Notes: generated by a model not told the origin, from the sequence alone. Numbered from the stretch's first letter, positions 38,002 through 49,071 are shown. The stretch: DNA of 64,000 nucleotides from a bacterium (GCA_963662285.2 CAXXMV010000001.1:448001-512000), one strand, 5' to 3'. A program made the numbers and translations.

Positions 38002-39153
38002 GTGGAAAATATCATGCAAAAGATAATCAAAAAAAACAATCATTTTACGAGTTTTTCACTTTTACTGTTTGTCATTTTAATTGGGATGGCTCCCCTTTAT
38101 TGCGGAGCGGAGATTCAAAAATCGACCTATGGCGCTTTGCCGGATGGGACGCAGGTTGATTTATACACCCTGACCAACGCGCATGGACTGGAAGCGAAAA
38201 TCATGACCTATGGCGCAACATTGATTTCCGTAAAAACGCCCGACCGTCATGGCAACCTGGATAACATCACATTACATCTCGACTCATTAGGCGACTACCT
38301 CAAAGGACATCCCCTGTTCGGTTCAACCGTCGGCCGGTTCGCCAACCGCATTGGCGGCGCCAAATTCACTATTGATGGCATAGAATATAAGATCACCCCG
38401 AATGCAGGTAAAAACCATATTCATGGCGGAAATAAATCATTCCATAAACTCATCTGGAAAGCGTCGCCTATTGCTGATGGCAGCATCAACGGGATTGATT
38501 TCACCCATATCAGCCCGGACGGAACGGAAGGCTATCCGGGAACCCTGAAAGTAACCGCCCGATACCAAATAACCAACGATGATAAATTGATCCTGAAATA
38601 CAAGGCCGAAACCGACAAGCCGACAGTACTAACTCTGACCAATCACGTTTATTGGAACCTGGGCGGCGCCGGATCGGGCGATGTGCTCAATCATCAATTG
38701 ACGCTATATTCGGATCGTTATCTCGCCTACGACCAAGACAAAATACCTACTGGAGAGATACTGCCGGTTAAGAATACGGCAATGGATTTCACCTCTCCGA
38801 TGACCATCGGCTCACGCATTGATCAGATCAGCGAACAGAATTATGACCATTGTTATGTGGTTCGCCATAAAGATGGCCAGGAATTATCACATATCGCAAC
38901 TGCGTATAATAAAGAGAGCGGTCGAATGATGGATGTCTATACCACTCAACCGGGCTTCCAATTCTACACAGCCAGGCATCTGAGCGAACGATATAAAGCA
39001 GGCGGCAAATCATACGCGCCCTACCATGGTTTTTGTCTGGAAACCCAGAATTTTCCCAACGCTCCCAACATACCGGACTTTCCATCAAGCGTGCTGCGCC
39101 CTGAAGAGAAATATGAACATACTACTATTTACCAGTTTGCTGTTCAAAAATAA
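38002..39153 (+). CDS. galM: Aldose 1-epimerase (galactose mutarotase), exported
   Basis: GRFANRI, NHIHGG, EGYPG, TNHVYWNL, YDHCY, TTQPGFQFYT, FCLETQ. Confidence 0.93.
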   Translation: MENIMQKIIKKNNHFTSFSLLLFVILIGMAPLYCGAEIQKSTYGALPDGTQVDLYTLTNAHGLEAKIMTYGATLISVKTPDRHGNLDNITLHLDSLGDYLKGHPLFGSTVGRFANRIGGAKFTIDGIEYKITPNAGKNHIHGGNKSFHKLIWKASPIADGSINGIDFTHISPDGTEGYPGTLKVTARYQITNDDKLILKYKAETDKPTVLTLTNHVYWNLGGAGSGDVLNHQLTLYSDRYLAYDQDKIPTGEILPVKNTAMDFTSPMTIGSRIDQISEQNYDHCYVVRHKDGQELSHIATAYNKESGRMMDVYTTQPGFQFYTARHLSERYKAGGKSYAPYHGFCLETQNFPNAPNIPDFPSSVLRPEEKYEHTTIYQFAVQK

Positions 39154-39164
39154 ATCGCAAACAA

Positions 39165-40265
39165 ATGGAGACCACAATGAAATATTTATCCAAACTAATC
39201 TATCTACATTTGGCGTTGTTAATTGTTTTCGGGATATCGGGTAATAGCGCCCAGGCTTCTGATCAAGCGGTTTTTCCTGCGCAAGAGTGGGAAACGCGAA
39301 CACCGGAATCGGTCGGCATGGATATTACAAAACTGGACGCCCTACGCGACTATGCCGGCGGGCGCGGCTGCGTGGTGCGGCATGGGTACATGGTTTATTC
39401 GTGGGGCGACCAAGGTAAAAGCAGGGATGTAGCCTCTGCATTCAAGCCGGTGCTGAGCACCCTGCTCTGCTTCGCTATACAAGAAGGCAAACTCAAAAAT
39501 CCTGATCAACCTGTATCCGATTTTGAGCCGCGATTAAAACAGATCAATAATGGCAAAGACGCCGCTATGACATGGCGGCATCTGGCCTCGCAGACCGCCG
39601 CTTACGGCTGGGCTGAAAAACCGGGTACAGTGTGGGCTTACAACGATTACGCCCTGGCTTTGTATTATGATACCCTGATGGATAAGGTATTCAAAAAACA
39701 GGCTGATGTTGTACTAAAAGAATACTTGGGCGAGCCGCTGCAATTTCAAGACAAATACACATTTGAGGCTTTTGGACCGAAAAACCGCCCTGGACGCCTG
39801 GCGCTGTCGGTGCGCGACTTCGCCCGTTTCGGGCTTTTTATTCAACGCAAGGGTCAGTGGCGCGGCGAACAATTATTGCAGGCAAAGTATATCGAGATGA
39901 TGCTGAACAGCATCGTTCCCGTCGATACTCCAGGCGTCAGCGGCGAAGAGGCGGATATGATTCCCGGCCAGCGTTCGATTGGCGGAAACAAGAATATTAC
40001 GCCCATCGGTCCGGGATACTACAGTTTCAACTGGTGGCTGAATCAGACGAATAAAGACGGAAAGCGTTTATACGTTGACGCCCCGGCTGATACTTTCGTG
40101 GCCAGCGGGCATGGCGGCCCGCGCGCTTGCTGGATTTTCCCCGGCCTTGATCTGATTGTTTCGTGGAATGACGCCAATATTCAAGATCACGACGCCAGCC
40201 CAGGAAATGCAGAATCAAAGCATAATCAGGCTTTAATCCTGATCAAAGAATCTATAGTGAAATAG
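39165..40265 (+). CDS. Serine hydrolase, beta-lactamase/AmpC-like family
   Basis: SAFK (SxxK), TWRHLASQT, PGTVWAYND, SVRDFARFG, ASGHGG; signal peptide. Confidence 0.85.
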   Translation: METTMKYLSKLIYLHLALLIVFGISGNSAQASDQAVFPAQEWETRTPESVGMDITKLDALRDYAGGRGCVVRHGYMVYSWGDQGKSRDVASAFKPVLSTLLCFAIQEGKLKNPDQPVSDFEPRLKQINNGKDAAMTWRHLASQTAAYGWAEKPGTVWAYNDYALALYYDTLMDKVFKKQADVVLKEYLGEPLQFQDKYTFEAFGPKNRPGRLALSVRDFARFGLFIQRKGQWRGEQLLQAKYIEMMLNSIVPVDTPGVSGEEADMIPGQRSIGGNKNITPIGPGYYSFNWWLNQTNKDGKRLYVDAPADTFVASGHGGPRACWIFPGLDLIVSWNDANIQDHDASPGNAESKHNQALILIKESIVK

Positions 40266-40358
40266 TTACAGTTAATATTGAGGTTACAGTTCAGCCACAT
40301 GAAATTATAACTATAGAATTATAACGACAATTGAAAAATTAACGGTTATAGAAAACAA

Positions 40359-40495
40359 CCCCCTCTTGAATTCTCCCCCATGCATGGGGGAGAGGGTTTT
40401 TGATATATAACCACTTGTATCGTATAGGCTTAGTCATGCAAGATACTTTGGTCACACATTCCTCTCCCAAGATTGGGATAGGTTAGGAGAGGTTT
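40359..40495. repeat. Cluster of CTCTCCC...GGGAGAG REP-like palindromes
   Basis: TCTCCCCCATGCATGGGGGAGA and CCTCTCCCAAGATTGGGATAGGTTAGGAGAGG; related hairpins at 53089-53120 and 54048-54075. Confidence 0.55.
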
Positions 40496-40623
40496 GATAA
40501 CGATCACCCTTGCAAAGGAATATCCAACGATGTTACTAGTAATTAATCCAAACAAAACTTGGGGGTGAAGATTAGAGGTTTGGGGGGTGGATAACAAACT
40601 TAAATTGACTGAACTATTACCAA

Positions 40624-41670
40624 ATGAGGATAATAATCATGCTAATATTTCTAAACCACAAAACATTTCATTGGATCGCAGCGGCCTTTATATTTGCGTT
40701 TTTTATGAATGCCTGCCAGCAAGTATCCACCCGCAGCGTTGATCAAATTGCATCCGGCAAAACTAATATATCCATCAGAGATAACCAATGGCGCATCAAT
40801 AGCGCACTGACCTATCCGGGAACCAAGGCTGAAGGTTTGCTGATGAACCTGCGCATGGTGAATTCTACATTTGAAGATAAAAACCGCCCTGAATTTGACT
40901 CTGATTTGAATACCAAGCGATTCATAGCAGCCATACCGCAATATGTAGAACAAGGCGCCCGCGCTTTTACCTTTAACTTACAGGGCGGTATGCCCGGCTA
41001 TGAGGGCGCCGTAAATTCAGCCTTCAATCCTGATGGGACGTTGCGCCAGGCATATATGCAAAGAATCAAGCGAGTCATCCAAGCCTGCGACGATCATGGT
41101 TGCGCGGTCATCCTGGGATGCTTCTACCAACGTCAGGATCAAATACTGAAGGATGAAACTGCTATACGAAACGGCGTAATCAATACCGTTAAGTGGATAA
41201 AAGATTCGGGATTTAAGAATATATTGCTGGAAATCGCCAACGAATTCTCTCATGGCGGATTCGATCATTCATTGTTAAAGAGTCCAGAGGGCGAGGTTGA
41301 ATTAATCAAACTGGCCAAGAGCATTGATCCCGGACTCTTGGTTTCCACCAGTGGTTTAGGCGATGGCAAAAGCCATCGCTCCGTAGCAGAAGCCTGTGAT
41401 TATATCCTGATCCATTTCAATGGAACTCCAGTAAATGATATTCCCAAGAGAGTTCAAACACTGAAAAAATATGGCAAACCTATTGTCTGCAATGAAGATG
41501 ACAAAATCGGCCAAAGCGCCGCCGATGCCGCAACGGCAAGCGTCCTGAATGGAATTTCTTGGGGATACATGAATAAGGAAGTTAACCAATATACCCCCTT
41601 CGTCTTTGATGGAGTAAACGATGACCCCGTTATGTATAAGACGCTTAAACAACTTACCTCTGAAAAATAA
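40624..41670 (+). CDS. Putative glycoside hydrolase (clan GH-A type TIM barrel), lipoprotein
   Basis: EIANE acid/base and KPIVCNE nucleophile-like motifs; lipobox-like NAC. Confidence 0.65.
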   Translation: MRIIIMLIFLNHKTFHWIAAAFIFAFFMNACQQVSTRSVDQIASGKTNISIRDNQWRINSALTYPGTKAEGLLMNLRMVNSTFEDKNRPEFDSDLNTKRFIAAIPQYVEQGARAFTFNLQGGMPGYEGAVNSAFNPDGTLRQAYMQRIKRVIQACDDHGCAVILGCFYQRQDQILKDETAIRNGVINTVKWIKDSGFKNILLEIANEFSHGGFDHSLLKSPEGEVELIKLAKSIDPGLLVSTSGLGDGKSHRSVAEACDYILIHFNGTPVNDIPKRVQTLKKYGKPIVCNEDDKIGQSAADAATASVLNGISWGYMNKEVNQYTPFVFDGVNDDPVMYKTLKQLTSEK

Positions 41671-41735
41671 TAAAACGGGCGTTAAAAGCAATGTCTTTTA
41701 TTTCTGCTCTTGGCGCCCCGCTATATTAAATATCC

Positions 41736-42578
41736 TTATCTCTGCAAAACGAAAAACATATTTAAAGGCACAAAATATGGAGAAAACTCTTTGGGTCTAT
41801 ATTTCATAACCACCAAAGAAGGAACGGGAAAAGAATCAACCTGCGTATAGTTTTCATACTTGTAAGACCGTGTGCTGCCATCATCAAATAGTATTGTATA
41901 TTTCACAGGAAGAGCATATCCATCCTGGAAACGTACATCTAAAACCAAATGAGAATGATCCTCCTTATTCTCGCCTTGGATACGGAACAGGTTATCTCCG
42001 GTTTTTTCTGAAGTATAGGAATATTTCTGCGGCTGATAGAACATAGTCCGCCATTGAAACATGATCATTTCGTCTTTTACTTTTAAGCCTGGAGTATTTA
42101 CCTTGTTGATCTTCTTATCAAATGAATCATACCGTGTAATCCCGTCCCCATCTTCCGTAGTTTCATAACTAATAGATCCATCAATTTCTTTATTGGTTCT
42201 TTTTTGAGAATTCTTGCTGAAGGTATAGATTTGAGTCTGTTCCAGCACAGATCCATCTTCGAGATAATTCATACTCTCATGATAACCAGGAGATTTCTTG
42301 AACATGGCAATCTGCTTCTCTAATTCTTCCCCCTCGAAATGCATACTTAATTGGGAACGCTGACTTTTCTCGCTGAATTTTACCGCTTCCTCATGTGAAA
42401 GATCAATCCTCGCTGTTAACGTGGTATACTTCAGTTCCAGCAAGTCAACATTATCAAAAACCTGATAATATTTATCCAAACCTTTTTGAATATTCTCCGG
42501 GATATCCGCTGAAGCCCCAATAGCAAACACCATACATGCAACCAACATCGAAGCATACGCAATTCTACTGATTCTCAT
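41736..42578 (-). CDS. Exported hypothetical protein
   Basis: Signal peptide ASA-D; GGAGG 9 nt before ATG 42578 (ORF track starts at TTG 42587). Confidence 0.75.
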   Translation of the reverse strand: MRISRIAYASMLVACMVFAIGASADIPENIQKGLDKYYQVFDNVDLLELKYTTLTARIDLSHEEAVKFSEKSQRSQLSMHFEGEELEKQIAMFKKSPGYHESMNYLEDGSVLEQTQIYTFSKNSQKRTNKEIDGSISYETTEDGDGITRYDSFDKKINKVNTPGLKVKDEMIMFQWRTMFYQPQKYSYTSEKTGDNLFRIQGENKEDHSHLVLDVRFQDGYALPVKYTILFDDGSTRSYKYENYTQVDSFPVPSLVVMKYRPKEFSPYFVPLNMFFVLQR

Positions 42579-42805
42579 TTTTAGCAACCTCCATGATGAA
42601 ATAGTTTTTTGTTATACGATATCGACGCATATAATACATTATATGAAAACTAAATCGTTTATTATTAACGCTTGGCTAAATATGTAAGATTGAATATTTC
42701 TAAAGTCGCTCGAACAATGTCATCACCAGAGTCTTGGATATAGTCCGGGAGAGGTGATAATGTCCATGCAGCTTTTTCAATAAAAAAAGGGGAGTCCCAA
42801 ACTAA

Positions 42806-44026
42806 ATGCCATTTCTTCCTCAAACCCGCCGCCAAAGATTGACGCTATATATAATGGTGGTTGTGCTGTTATTGATCTCGGTCGATATATATTTCGGGGC
42901 GAAATACTCAGCTCAGCGCGACAGCAATTTCCGCGCTTTCCGGTGGGATTCGACCACCCTTTGGGCTTTGAAGCCTTCATACCAGGGACGCGCCTGGAAT
43001 CAGCCTATCAATACCAACTCTGCTGGATTCCGGGGATCGGTTGAATATCCGGTTGTATCCAAACACGCTCAGCGCATCATCACTTTCGGCGACTCACGCA
43101 CCTATGGTTTTGGCGTTAAAGACGATGAGACCTACACCGGCGTCCTAGAGAAAGAACTGCGCCAACGAGGCGTTGATGCGGAAACGATCAATGCCGGAGT
43201 GCATGGATTTTCGGCGGTGCAGTGCCGCGCCAGGTTGGAACAACTTCTGCATTACAAACCCCAGGCCGCCGTTTTCGCTCCGGGATACAACGACCGGCGC
43301 TACTTGATTATAAGGCCGGTGGATTCGTCGGATTCGCTGCCCTGGATCGCCCGCATAAGAAAAGTGGTCGATGTGCTGCAATGGAGCAACACTTTTTTCG
43401 CCTTCATGTATGAGGTAGGCAAACATAAATTAACCAAACTGCAACAGAATCCCATGGGCTTGGATGAAGTAGAGCCCCGCGTATCCCGCGAGACATTTCA
43501 AGACGAGTTAACCAAAATAATCCAAATCTGCCGTGAGAATAATATAAAGCCCTTATTCCTCAAAATCTATCAAGACCCCGGTTCTTTCGCTTTGGTTGAA
43601 AGAGCGGCTTTGCTTTATAGACAGGGCGACTACGACGAGACGGTCGAAACTATCGAAGAAGCCATGAATACCATTCCCGATAGAGCCTACGCCATGAGCC
43701 GGTTAATCTTAGGCCGGGCGTATCAAAAACTCGGTCAAAAAGAAAAGGCGGCGGAGGCTTTCGCCAACCACCACCCGATTGGTTCCATTTTCGGTGAGAG
43801 CGTACTGCGCAGTGAAGCGGATTATTATGCAATTTATGATGAACTGTCAAAACAACACCTTGTTCCAGTTGCGGACGCCCGGAAAGTGATGACAGTGGGA
43901 ATCGACGATCCCCGTGAAGCGGAAGACGCATTCCGCACTTTCTTTATTGACGAATGCCACTACTCCGCCCTGGGCCATGAGAGAATGGGCCGAAAACTGG
44001 CGGGCATTCTGGCAGGGTTATTCTAA
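42806..44026 (+). CDS. Membrane-anchored SGNH/GDSL hydrolase with TPR insert
   Basis: FGDSRTYG, INAGVHGFS, GYND, DECHYSALGH; N-terminal TM. Confidence 0.88.
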   Translation: MPFLPQTRRQRLTLYIMVVVLLLISVDIYFGAKYSAQRDSNFRAFRWDSTTLWALKPSYQGRAWNQPINTNSAGFRGSVEYPVVSKHAQRIITFGDSRTYGFGVKDDETYTGVLEKELRQRGVDAETINAGVHGFSAVQCRARLEQLLHYKPQAAVFAPGYNDRRYLIIRPVDSSDSLPWIARIRKVVDVLQWSNTFFAFMYEVGKHKLTKLQQNPMGLDEVEPRVSRETFQDELTKIIQICRENNIKPLFLKIYQDPGSFALVERAALLYRQGDYDETVETIEEAMNTIPDRAYAMSRLILGRAYQKLGQKEKAAEAFANHHPIGSIFGESVLRSEADYYAIYDELSKQHLVPVADARKVMTVGIDDPREAEDAFRTFFIDECHYSALGHERMGRKLAGILAGLF

Positions 44027-46102
44027 GACTGTTTCCACCATGGCGCGTTGCATCAGAATTTCGTGGCTGTTGCGTTCGTCTTTCGCGTCTTTTGGTTTAC
44101 GCTGAATATAAGTTCCATCACTCATAAGGTCCCAACATTTTCTATTATCATTAATCATGATTTCGAGAATGCTTTTGAGTTCTTCGCGCAAATTCGGATC
44201 TTCGATAGGCGCAATAGCTTCTACGCGATAATCCAAATTGCGGCTCATCCAATCGGCTGAGCCAAAATAGATTTCATCTTTTCCGTTATTGTGGAAATAA
44301 AAGATTCTTGAATGCTCTAGAAAACGGCCAATTATACTGATTACGCGAATATTCTCACTTAACCCGGGAACACCGGGCCGCAAGCAGCAGAATCCCCGTA
44401 CAATAAGGTCAATCTCAACTCCAGCTTTGGATGCATCATAAAGCGTATCAATGATTTTCTGGTCTTCCAGTTGGTTCATTTTTGCGATAATTCTGCCCTT
44501 ACCGCCTTTCTTCTGGTTGCTGATTTCCCGCCGGATCATTCGTAAAAAACGTTGACGCATATTAACAGGAGCAATGAGAATTTTTCGATATTTATCCTGC
44601 ATGGAATGACCCGTCAAGAAATTAAACAGATCGGTAAGGTCTTCTCCCATAGCCCGCCGACAACTTAAGACGCCTATATCCGTATAGAGATTAGCAGTGC
44701 CGGAATGGTAATTACCTGTGCCAATATGGAAATAACGGCGAATCCCGGTAGGTTCCTCGCGTATTACTAACAGCGTCTTGGTATGAGTCTTCAATCCGAC
44801 GAATCCATAGGTGACATGCACCCCGGCATCCTCCAGGGTTCGCACCCATTGGATATTATTGGCCTCGTCGAAACGGGCTTTAATCTCAACCAGCACCGCA
44901 ACCTGGATGCCGTTTTCCGCCGCCTGCACCAATGCGCGAATAATCGGTGAATCGCCAGCGGTTCGATAAAGGGTCTGTTTTATGGCTAGAACATGTGGAT
45001 CCTGCACCGCCTCCTGCAAAAACCTTTGTACGCTAAAGGCAAAAGAGTTATATGGATGATGCACTAACATATCGCCTTGAGGCAATAACTTGAAGAAACT
45101 AATCGGAGCATCATCATCTCCCTTGTTTTTTAATCGGGGAGGAATGGTCGGCGTCCAGGGTTTATCTTTCAAATGAGGAAAATCAAGTTTATATAGTTCC
45201 ATCAAGTCTTTTAGATTTAATGGGCCATCGACAATATTAACATCCTCTTCATTTATCGCCAGTTCAGTCATTAACCATTCCTGAATGGGAGGCGCAACGC
45301 CCGATTCAATCTCTAGACGTACTACCGGCGCAAAACGTCGATGGCGTAATTCTGCTTCAATCAATTCCAAAAGGTCTTCCGCTTCCTCTTCGTTACGCTC
45401 TATATCCGCATTACGGGTTATACGGAAAGCGCAGCTGGATAATACTTCAACTCCGGTGAATAGATCAGATAAGTTTGCTGCGATAACCTGTTCAATCGGA
45501 ACAAAATGATTCGCTATGCCAGTGGGAATCCAGCGCGGTCGGTTCTGAGGAATCTTAATGCGCGCCAAGGCGGGTAATTCCGACTTTGGCTTTCTGACCA
45601 TTACGCCCAGCGATAAGCTTAAGTTGCTGATGAATGGAAATGGCTGTCCCGGACCAACGCCCAGCGGGGTAAGAATGGGGAAAACCGAACGCCTGAAATA
45701 GGCGTCAACATGATTTTTCTGTTTTCTATCCAGGTCTTTATAATTAAAAACAGAGATTCCTTTTTCGACTAAAGATGGAATCATGTCATTCAAGAGACAG
45801 TTGCGTTGTTGCTTGACCATGTCTTTAACTTCAACATGGATGCGGTCCAGTTGTTCGCGGGGCGTGAGACCATCAATTGTACGACTTAAAACGCCAGCGG
45901 CAATCTGTCGTTTTAAGCCTCCGACTCTTTTCATTATAAATTCATCCATATTGGTACTGAAAATGCCAAGAAACTTCACTCGCTCCAATAATGGATTTCT
46001 GGTATCCAGAGCTTCAAAGAGAACCCTCCGGTTAAATTCCAGCCAACTAAGTTCCCGATTGAAATATAGTACAGGTTGCAGCCGATTCTTTGTGCGCGTC
46101 AT
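44018..46102 (-). CDS. ppk1: Polyphosphate kinase 1
   Basis: YFNRELSWLEFNRRVL, HHPY, IKQTLYR, KARFDEANNI, LKTHTK, GTGNY, GRFLEHSR, GSADWMSRN. Confidence 0.97.
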   Translation of the reverse strand: MTRTKNRLQPVLYFNRELSWLEFNRRVLFEALDTRNPLLERVKFLGIFSTNMDEFIMKRVGGLKRQIAAGVLSRTIDGLTPREQLDRIHVEVKDMVKQQRNCLLNDMIPSLVEKGISVFNYKDLDRKQKNHVDAYFRRSVFPILTPLGVGPGQPFPFISNLSLSLGVMVRKPKSELPALARIKIPQNRPRWIPTGIANHFVPIEQVIAANLSDLFTGVEVLSSCAFRITRNADIERNEEEAEDLLELIEAELRHRRFAPVVRLEIESGVAPPIQEWLMTELAINEEDVNIVDGPLNLKDLMELYKLDFPHLKDKPWTPTIPPRLKNKGDDDAPISFFKLLPQGDMLVHHPYNSFAFSVQRFLQEAVQDPHVLAIKQTLYRTAGDSPIIRALVQAAENGIQVAVLVEIKARFDEANNIQWVRTLEDAGVHVTYGFVGLKTHTKTLLVIREEPTGIRRYFHIGTGNYHSGTANLYTDIGVLSCRRAMGEDLTDLFNFLTGHSMQDKYRKILIAPVNMRQRFLRMIRREISNQKKGGKGRIIAKMNQLEDQKIIDTLYDASKAGVEIDLIVRGFCCLRPGVPGLSENIRVISIIGRFLEHSRIFYFHNNGKDEIYFGSADWMSRNLDYRVEAIAPIEDPNLREELKSILEIMINDNRKCWDLMSDGTYIQRKPKDAKDERNSHEILMQRAMVETVLE

Positions 46103-46417
46103 GATCTCTCCCTCGTCAGAAAGTAACCTATAAACTCATAATGAATACTACAAAGCAGATTGAATTTTAATAGATATACTTAACTAATCTCCTTTTTGTC
46201 ATATATCAAAACAATTATAAAGAAATATGCGTAAAAAAAATATTCTATATCCAATTATATATTAAAATAACGGTTCTACTATAATAATAACGGAACCATT
46301 CTCGATTTTTGTTATTTTCAGTATCTTCTCTCGACTTTATTCTACTTATCCTTTATTCTTGATAGGTTTGAGCGAAGTAGTATTCTTTTGTAATAAAACT
46401 TTTTATGAGGTCTTCCA

Positions 46418-48673
46418 ATGAAATATTCGTTTCGCTCTTTTGTTGTTATTTTTATACTTAGTCTAACCTTGCCGACAGCGGCTCAACCTATCGCGCCATT
46501 TTTGCCGGATGATGATCTGCCAACAATTCGCAAAAAGATCAAACAAAATGGCTATTCTTTTAAGGTAAGCGATTACTCCAAAAAAGGTAAATTCAGCGCT
46601 TTTATTCCTGGTCGGCGTCCTTCTTCCAATATGTCTCAATTATCCGCCAAAACAATTAAAGTACGCAATATACCCATTCTTGATAATCTTCCTGAACGCT
46701 TTGATTGGCGGGATGTTGATGGTAAATCATTTATTGGACCAATACGCAATCAATCTAATACTGGAACCTGTTATGCCTTTGGCGCCTGTGCAGCAGCGGA
46801 AGGCGCCTTTAATAAAGCGGCAAACCTATTTAACGAGAATTGCATTGATTTTTCGGAAGCTTATATTGCATGGCGATTAGGAGAAGAATATCCATATTCA
46901 GAGCATTTCGAAGGTTCATATGGCGCTGATTATGATTATTATGAATTATCAGCATTAACTCAACTTGGGATGGATACAGAAATTGAAGGCGTTTGTCTTG
47001 AACAGGATTTCCCCTTTCCTGAATATAATGAGCCGGACGAAAATACTGCAAGTAGTTCTTTGCGATTTCCCAGGTTTTATTTTGATAATTGGAGCAGGAT
47101 ATATCCCTCCGATTATGAAGATACAACAGCAATGATCAAAAGCGCCATGATGACCTATGGCGTTATTGATACTGCGGTTGATGTTGGATCGGCTTTTGAG
47201 AGTTACAAAGAAGGAATTTATGAAGACTCCAACACTGAACCGGAAGTAACGCCTTATTATTATCACGCTTCAAATCATGCCATTTCTCTTGTTGGCTGGG
47301 ATGATAATCCACCCGAAGGCGGGGGCGGTTGTTGGATTTTGCGCAATAGTTGGGGGCCGGATTGGGGCGAAGATGGTTATATGCGGATTCGCTACAAATC
47401 AGCCGGCGTTAATATGTTTGCCTGCTATCTTGCATTCAATCCCAATACTGTTCATGCATTTACATCAAGCGTAATACAAACCCATCAAAACAACGCTATT
47501 GTCTCTGGTTTTATCAAAACGGGAACTTCAGAAGTTATTTGTTTTTTCGAATATGGCAATAGCGATAATCTGGCTTTTCAAACCGACCCTATTACAATTC
47601 AACCCTCAAGCAGCCAGAGCATTGTTCATGTCACCGATACGCTAAAAGGCCTGCTGCCGGATCAGTCTTATTCTTATCGATTAGTTTGCCAAAATTCAAC
47701 CGATATATTGTATGGCGACACCGATAAATTCTCAACTATAAAACCAGTTGCAAGCGTTAATGAGCCAGAACAATATCCCAATTTTTTAAAGACTTCTTTC
47801 TCTATAGAAGTTAAAACCTCCGATTCACCAACAGAAACCTATATTGAATATGGCATATCCGATGAATATGGGAAAAAAAGTCAGACCATTACTAATCTCC
47901 GTGATTATCAAAAGCAAATTGATATCCAGGATTTAATGCCTAATACCACCTATCATTACCGCCTGGTAGCCAGCAATATTGGAGGAGAATTTATTAGCGA
48001 AGATTTTACTTTCGATTCATCTGAAAACATCTTTTTAGATGATGATTTAGATATAGATTCAGGTGAGGAGTATTTTGATGACTTTGATGACTTTGATGAT
48101 GAGGATTATGAGGATTATGATGAATATGATGAATATGAAGGCATGATTGATTGGGAATATACCAGTTATTTAGGTGATGAAGAAGTATATGAATCTAGTT
48201 ATGATTATAGAATCAACCAAGGTAATATAATAAAAATATCGCCTTATAATGCCTTTAGCGGCCAACTTAACTTTCTTTTCTCTTATGATCCATTTTATAA
48301 ATTCGAAGAGGATTATACGGAAGAACAAGGCATCATATTATCCATGATTTCGCCGCAAATCTGTTTATCTCAATTTGACACTGTCTTCCTACATTTCTAT
48401 CATGCGCAACCAGCCGATGGCAACGATCAGGATGAGTTGCGGGTTTACTATTGTAATGAGCCTAAAAGCGAATGGCAATTGCTCGCCGGGGCGGAATACC
48501 TCAACCATATTCCTGATTGGACTAAACGGATTATTGAATTGCCAGCGCTCAGCCCAAAATATCAGATCAAGTTTGAAATAACAGGTAATTTCGGGCATGG
48601 CGTCCTTTTGGATAGAATCGAAATCCTACAGTCGCCAGAGGAGACCAGCATTAATAACTGGTCAATCTACTAG
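46418..48673 (+). CDS. Secreted papain-like C1A cysteine peptidase with FN3-like domains and acidic tract
   Basis: LPERFDWR, IRNQSNTGTCYAF (Cys), NHAISLVGW (His), WILRNSWG (Asn), WGEDGYMRI; LxPxxxYxYRLV FN3 motifs. Confidence 0.92.
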   Translation: MKYSFRSFVVIFILSLTLPTAAQPIAPFLPDDDLPTIRKKIKQNGYSFKVSDYSKKGKFSAFIPGRRPSSNMSQLSAKTIKVRNIPILDNLPERFDWRDVDGKSFIGPIRNQSNTGTCYAFGACAAAEGAFNKAANLFNENCIDFSEAYIAWRLGEEYPYSEHFEGSYGADYDYYELSALTQLGMDTEIEGVCLEQDFPFPEYNEPDENTASSSLRFPRFYFDNWSRIYPSDYEDTTAMIKSAMMTYGVIDTAVDVGSAFESYKEGIYEDSNTEPEVTPYYYHASNHAISLVGWDDNPPEGGGGCWILRNSWGPDWGEDGYMRIRYKSAGVNMFACYLAFNPNTVHAFTSSVIQTHQNNAIVSGFIKTGTSEVICFFEYGNSDNLAFQTDPITIQPSSSQSIVHVTDTLKGLLPDQSYSYRLVCQNSTDILYGDTDKFSTIKPVASVNEPEQYPNFLKTSFSIEVKTSDSPTETYIEYGISDEYGKKSQTITNLRDYQKQIDIQDLMPNTTYHYRLVASNIGGEFISEDFTFDSSENIFLDDDLDIDSGEEYFDDFDDFDDEDYEDYDEYDEYEGMIDWEYTSYLGDEEVYESSYDYRINQGNIIKISPYNAFSGQLNFLFSYDPFYKFEEDYTEEQGIILSMISPQICLSQFDTVFLHFYHAQPADGNDQDELRVYYCNEPKSEWQLLAGAEYLNHIPDWTKRIIELPALSPKYQIKFEITGNFGHGVLLDRIEILQSPEETSINNWSIY

Positions 48674-48681
48674 GAACAAAT

Positions 48682-48719
48682 CTACCCCCTGGAGAGTTTA
48701 ACGCCTCTTCTAGGGGGTA
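48682..48719. terminator. Hairpin between convergent genes
   Basis: TACCCCCTGGAGAG...CTCTTCTAGGGGGTA. Confidence 0.55.
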
Positions 48720-48819
48720 ACTTAATTTAATAATCTGGAAATCCGTCGGAATGAAGGGAATTAGATCAAACATATAAGGCTTGATCATTAAGTCCTAAGA
48801 GCCGATTGAAATACCCGGT

Positions 48820-49071
48820 TTAAAAAATACTCAGCAGACGACCGGTTTTGTCTAAAATCTCACGGCTAATGCCTTTGGTTTTAACATGAGTAATCAACTG
48901 TTTCCTGATTACTTCGATATCATCCAAGCGCTCTTCAACTTCCTTGACATTTTCCGGAGTACTGCCTTCTTTTTCCGCTTTGAATTTGTCGATCAGTTCA
49001 TCCGTACGACGAATTAACTTCATATATTCTTCTATACTATTATCTACTGCTTGTTCGACAAACGTCATCAT
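48820..49071 (-). CDS. Small helical hypothetical protein
   Basis: 83 aa, AAGGAG RBS, amphipathic charged helices. Confidence 0.7.
   Translation of the reverse strand: MMTFVEQAVDNSIEEYMKLIRRTDELIDKFKAEKEGSTPENVKEVEERLDDIEVIRKQLITHVKTKGISREILDKTGRLLSIF

Noticed and set aside
41700-41790. Possible frameshift at the 3' end of 41736-42578 (alternative frame YVFRFAEIRIFN...)
   Set aside because: The alternative frame is short and cannot be distinguished from chance without homologues
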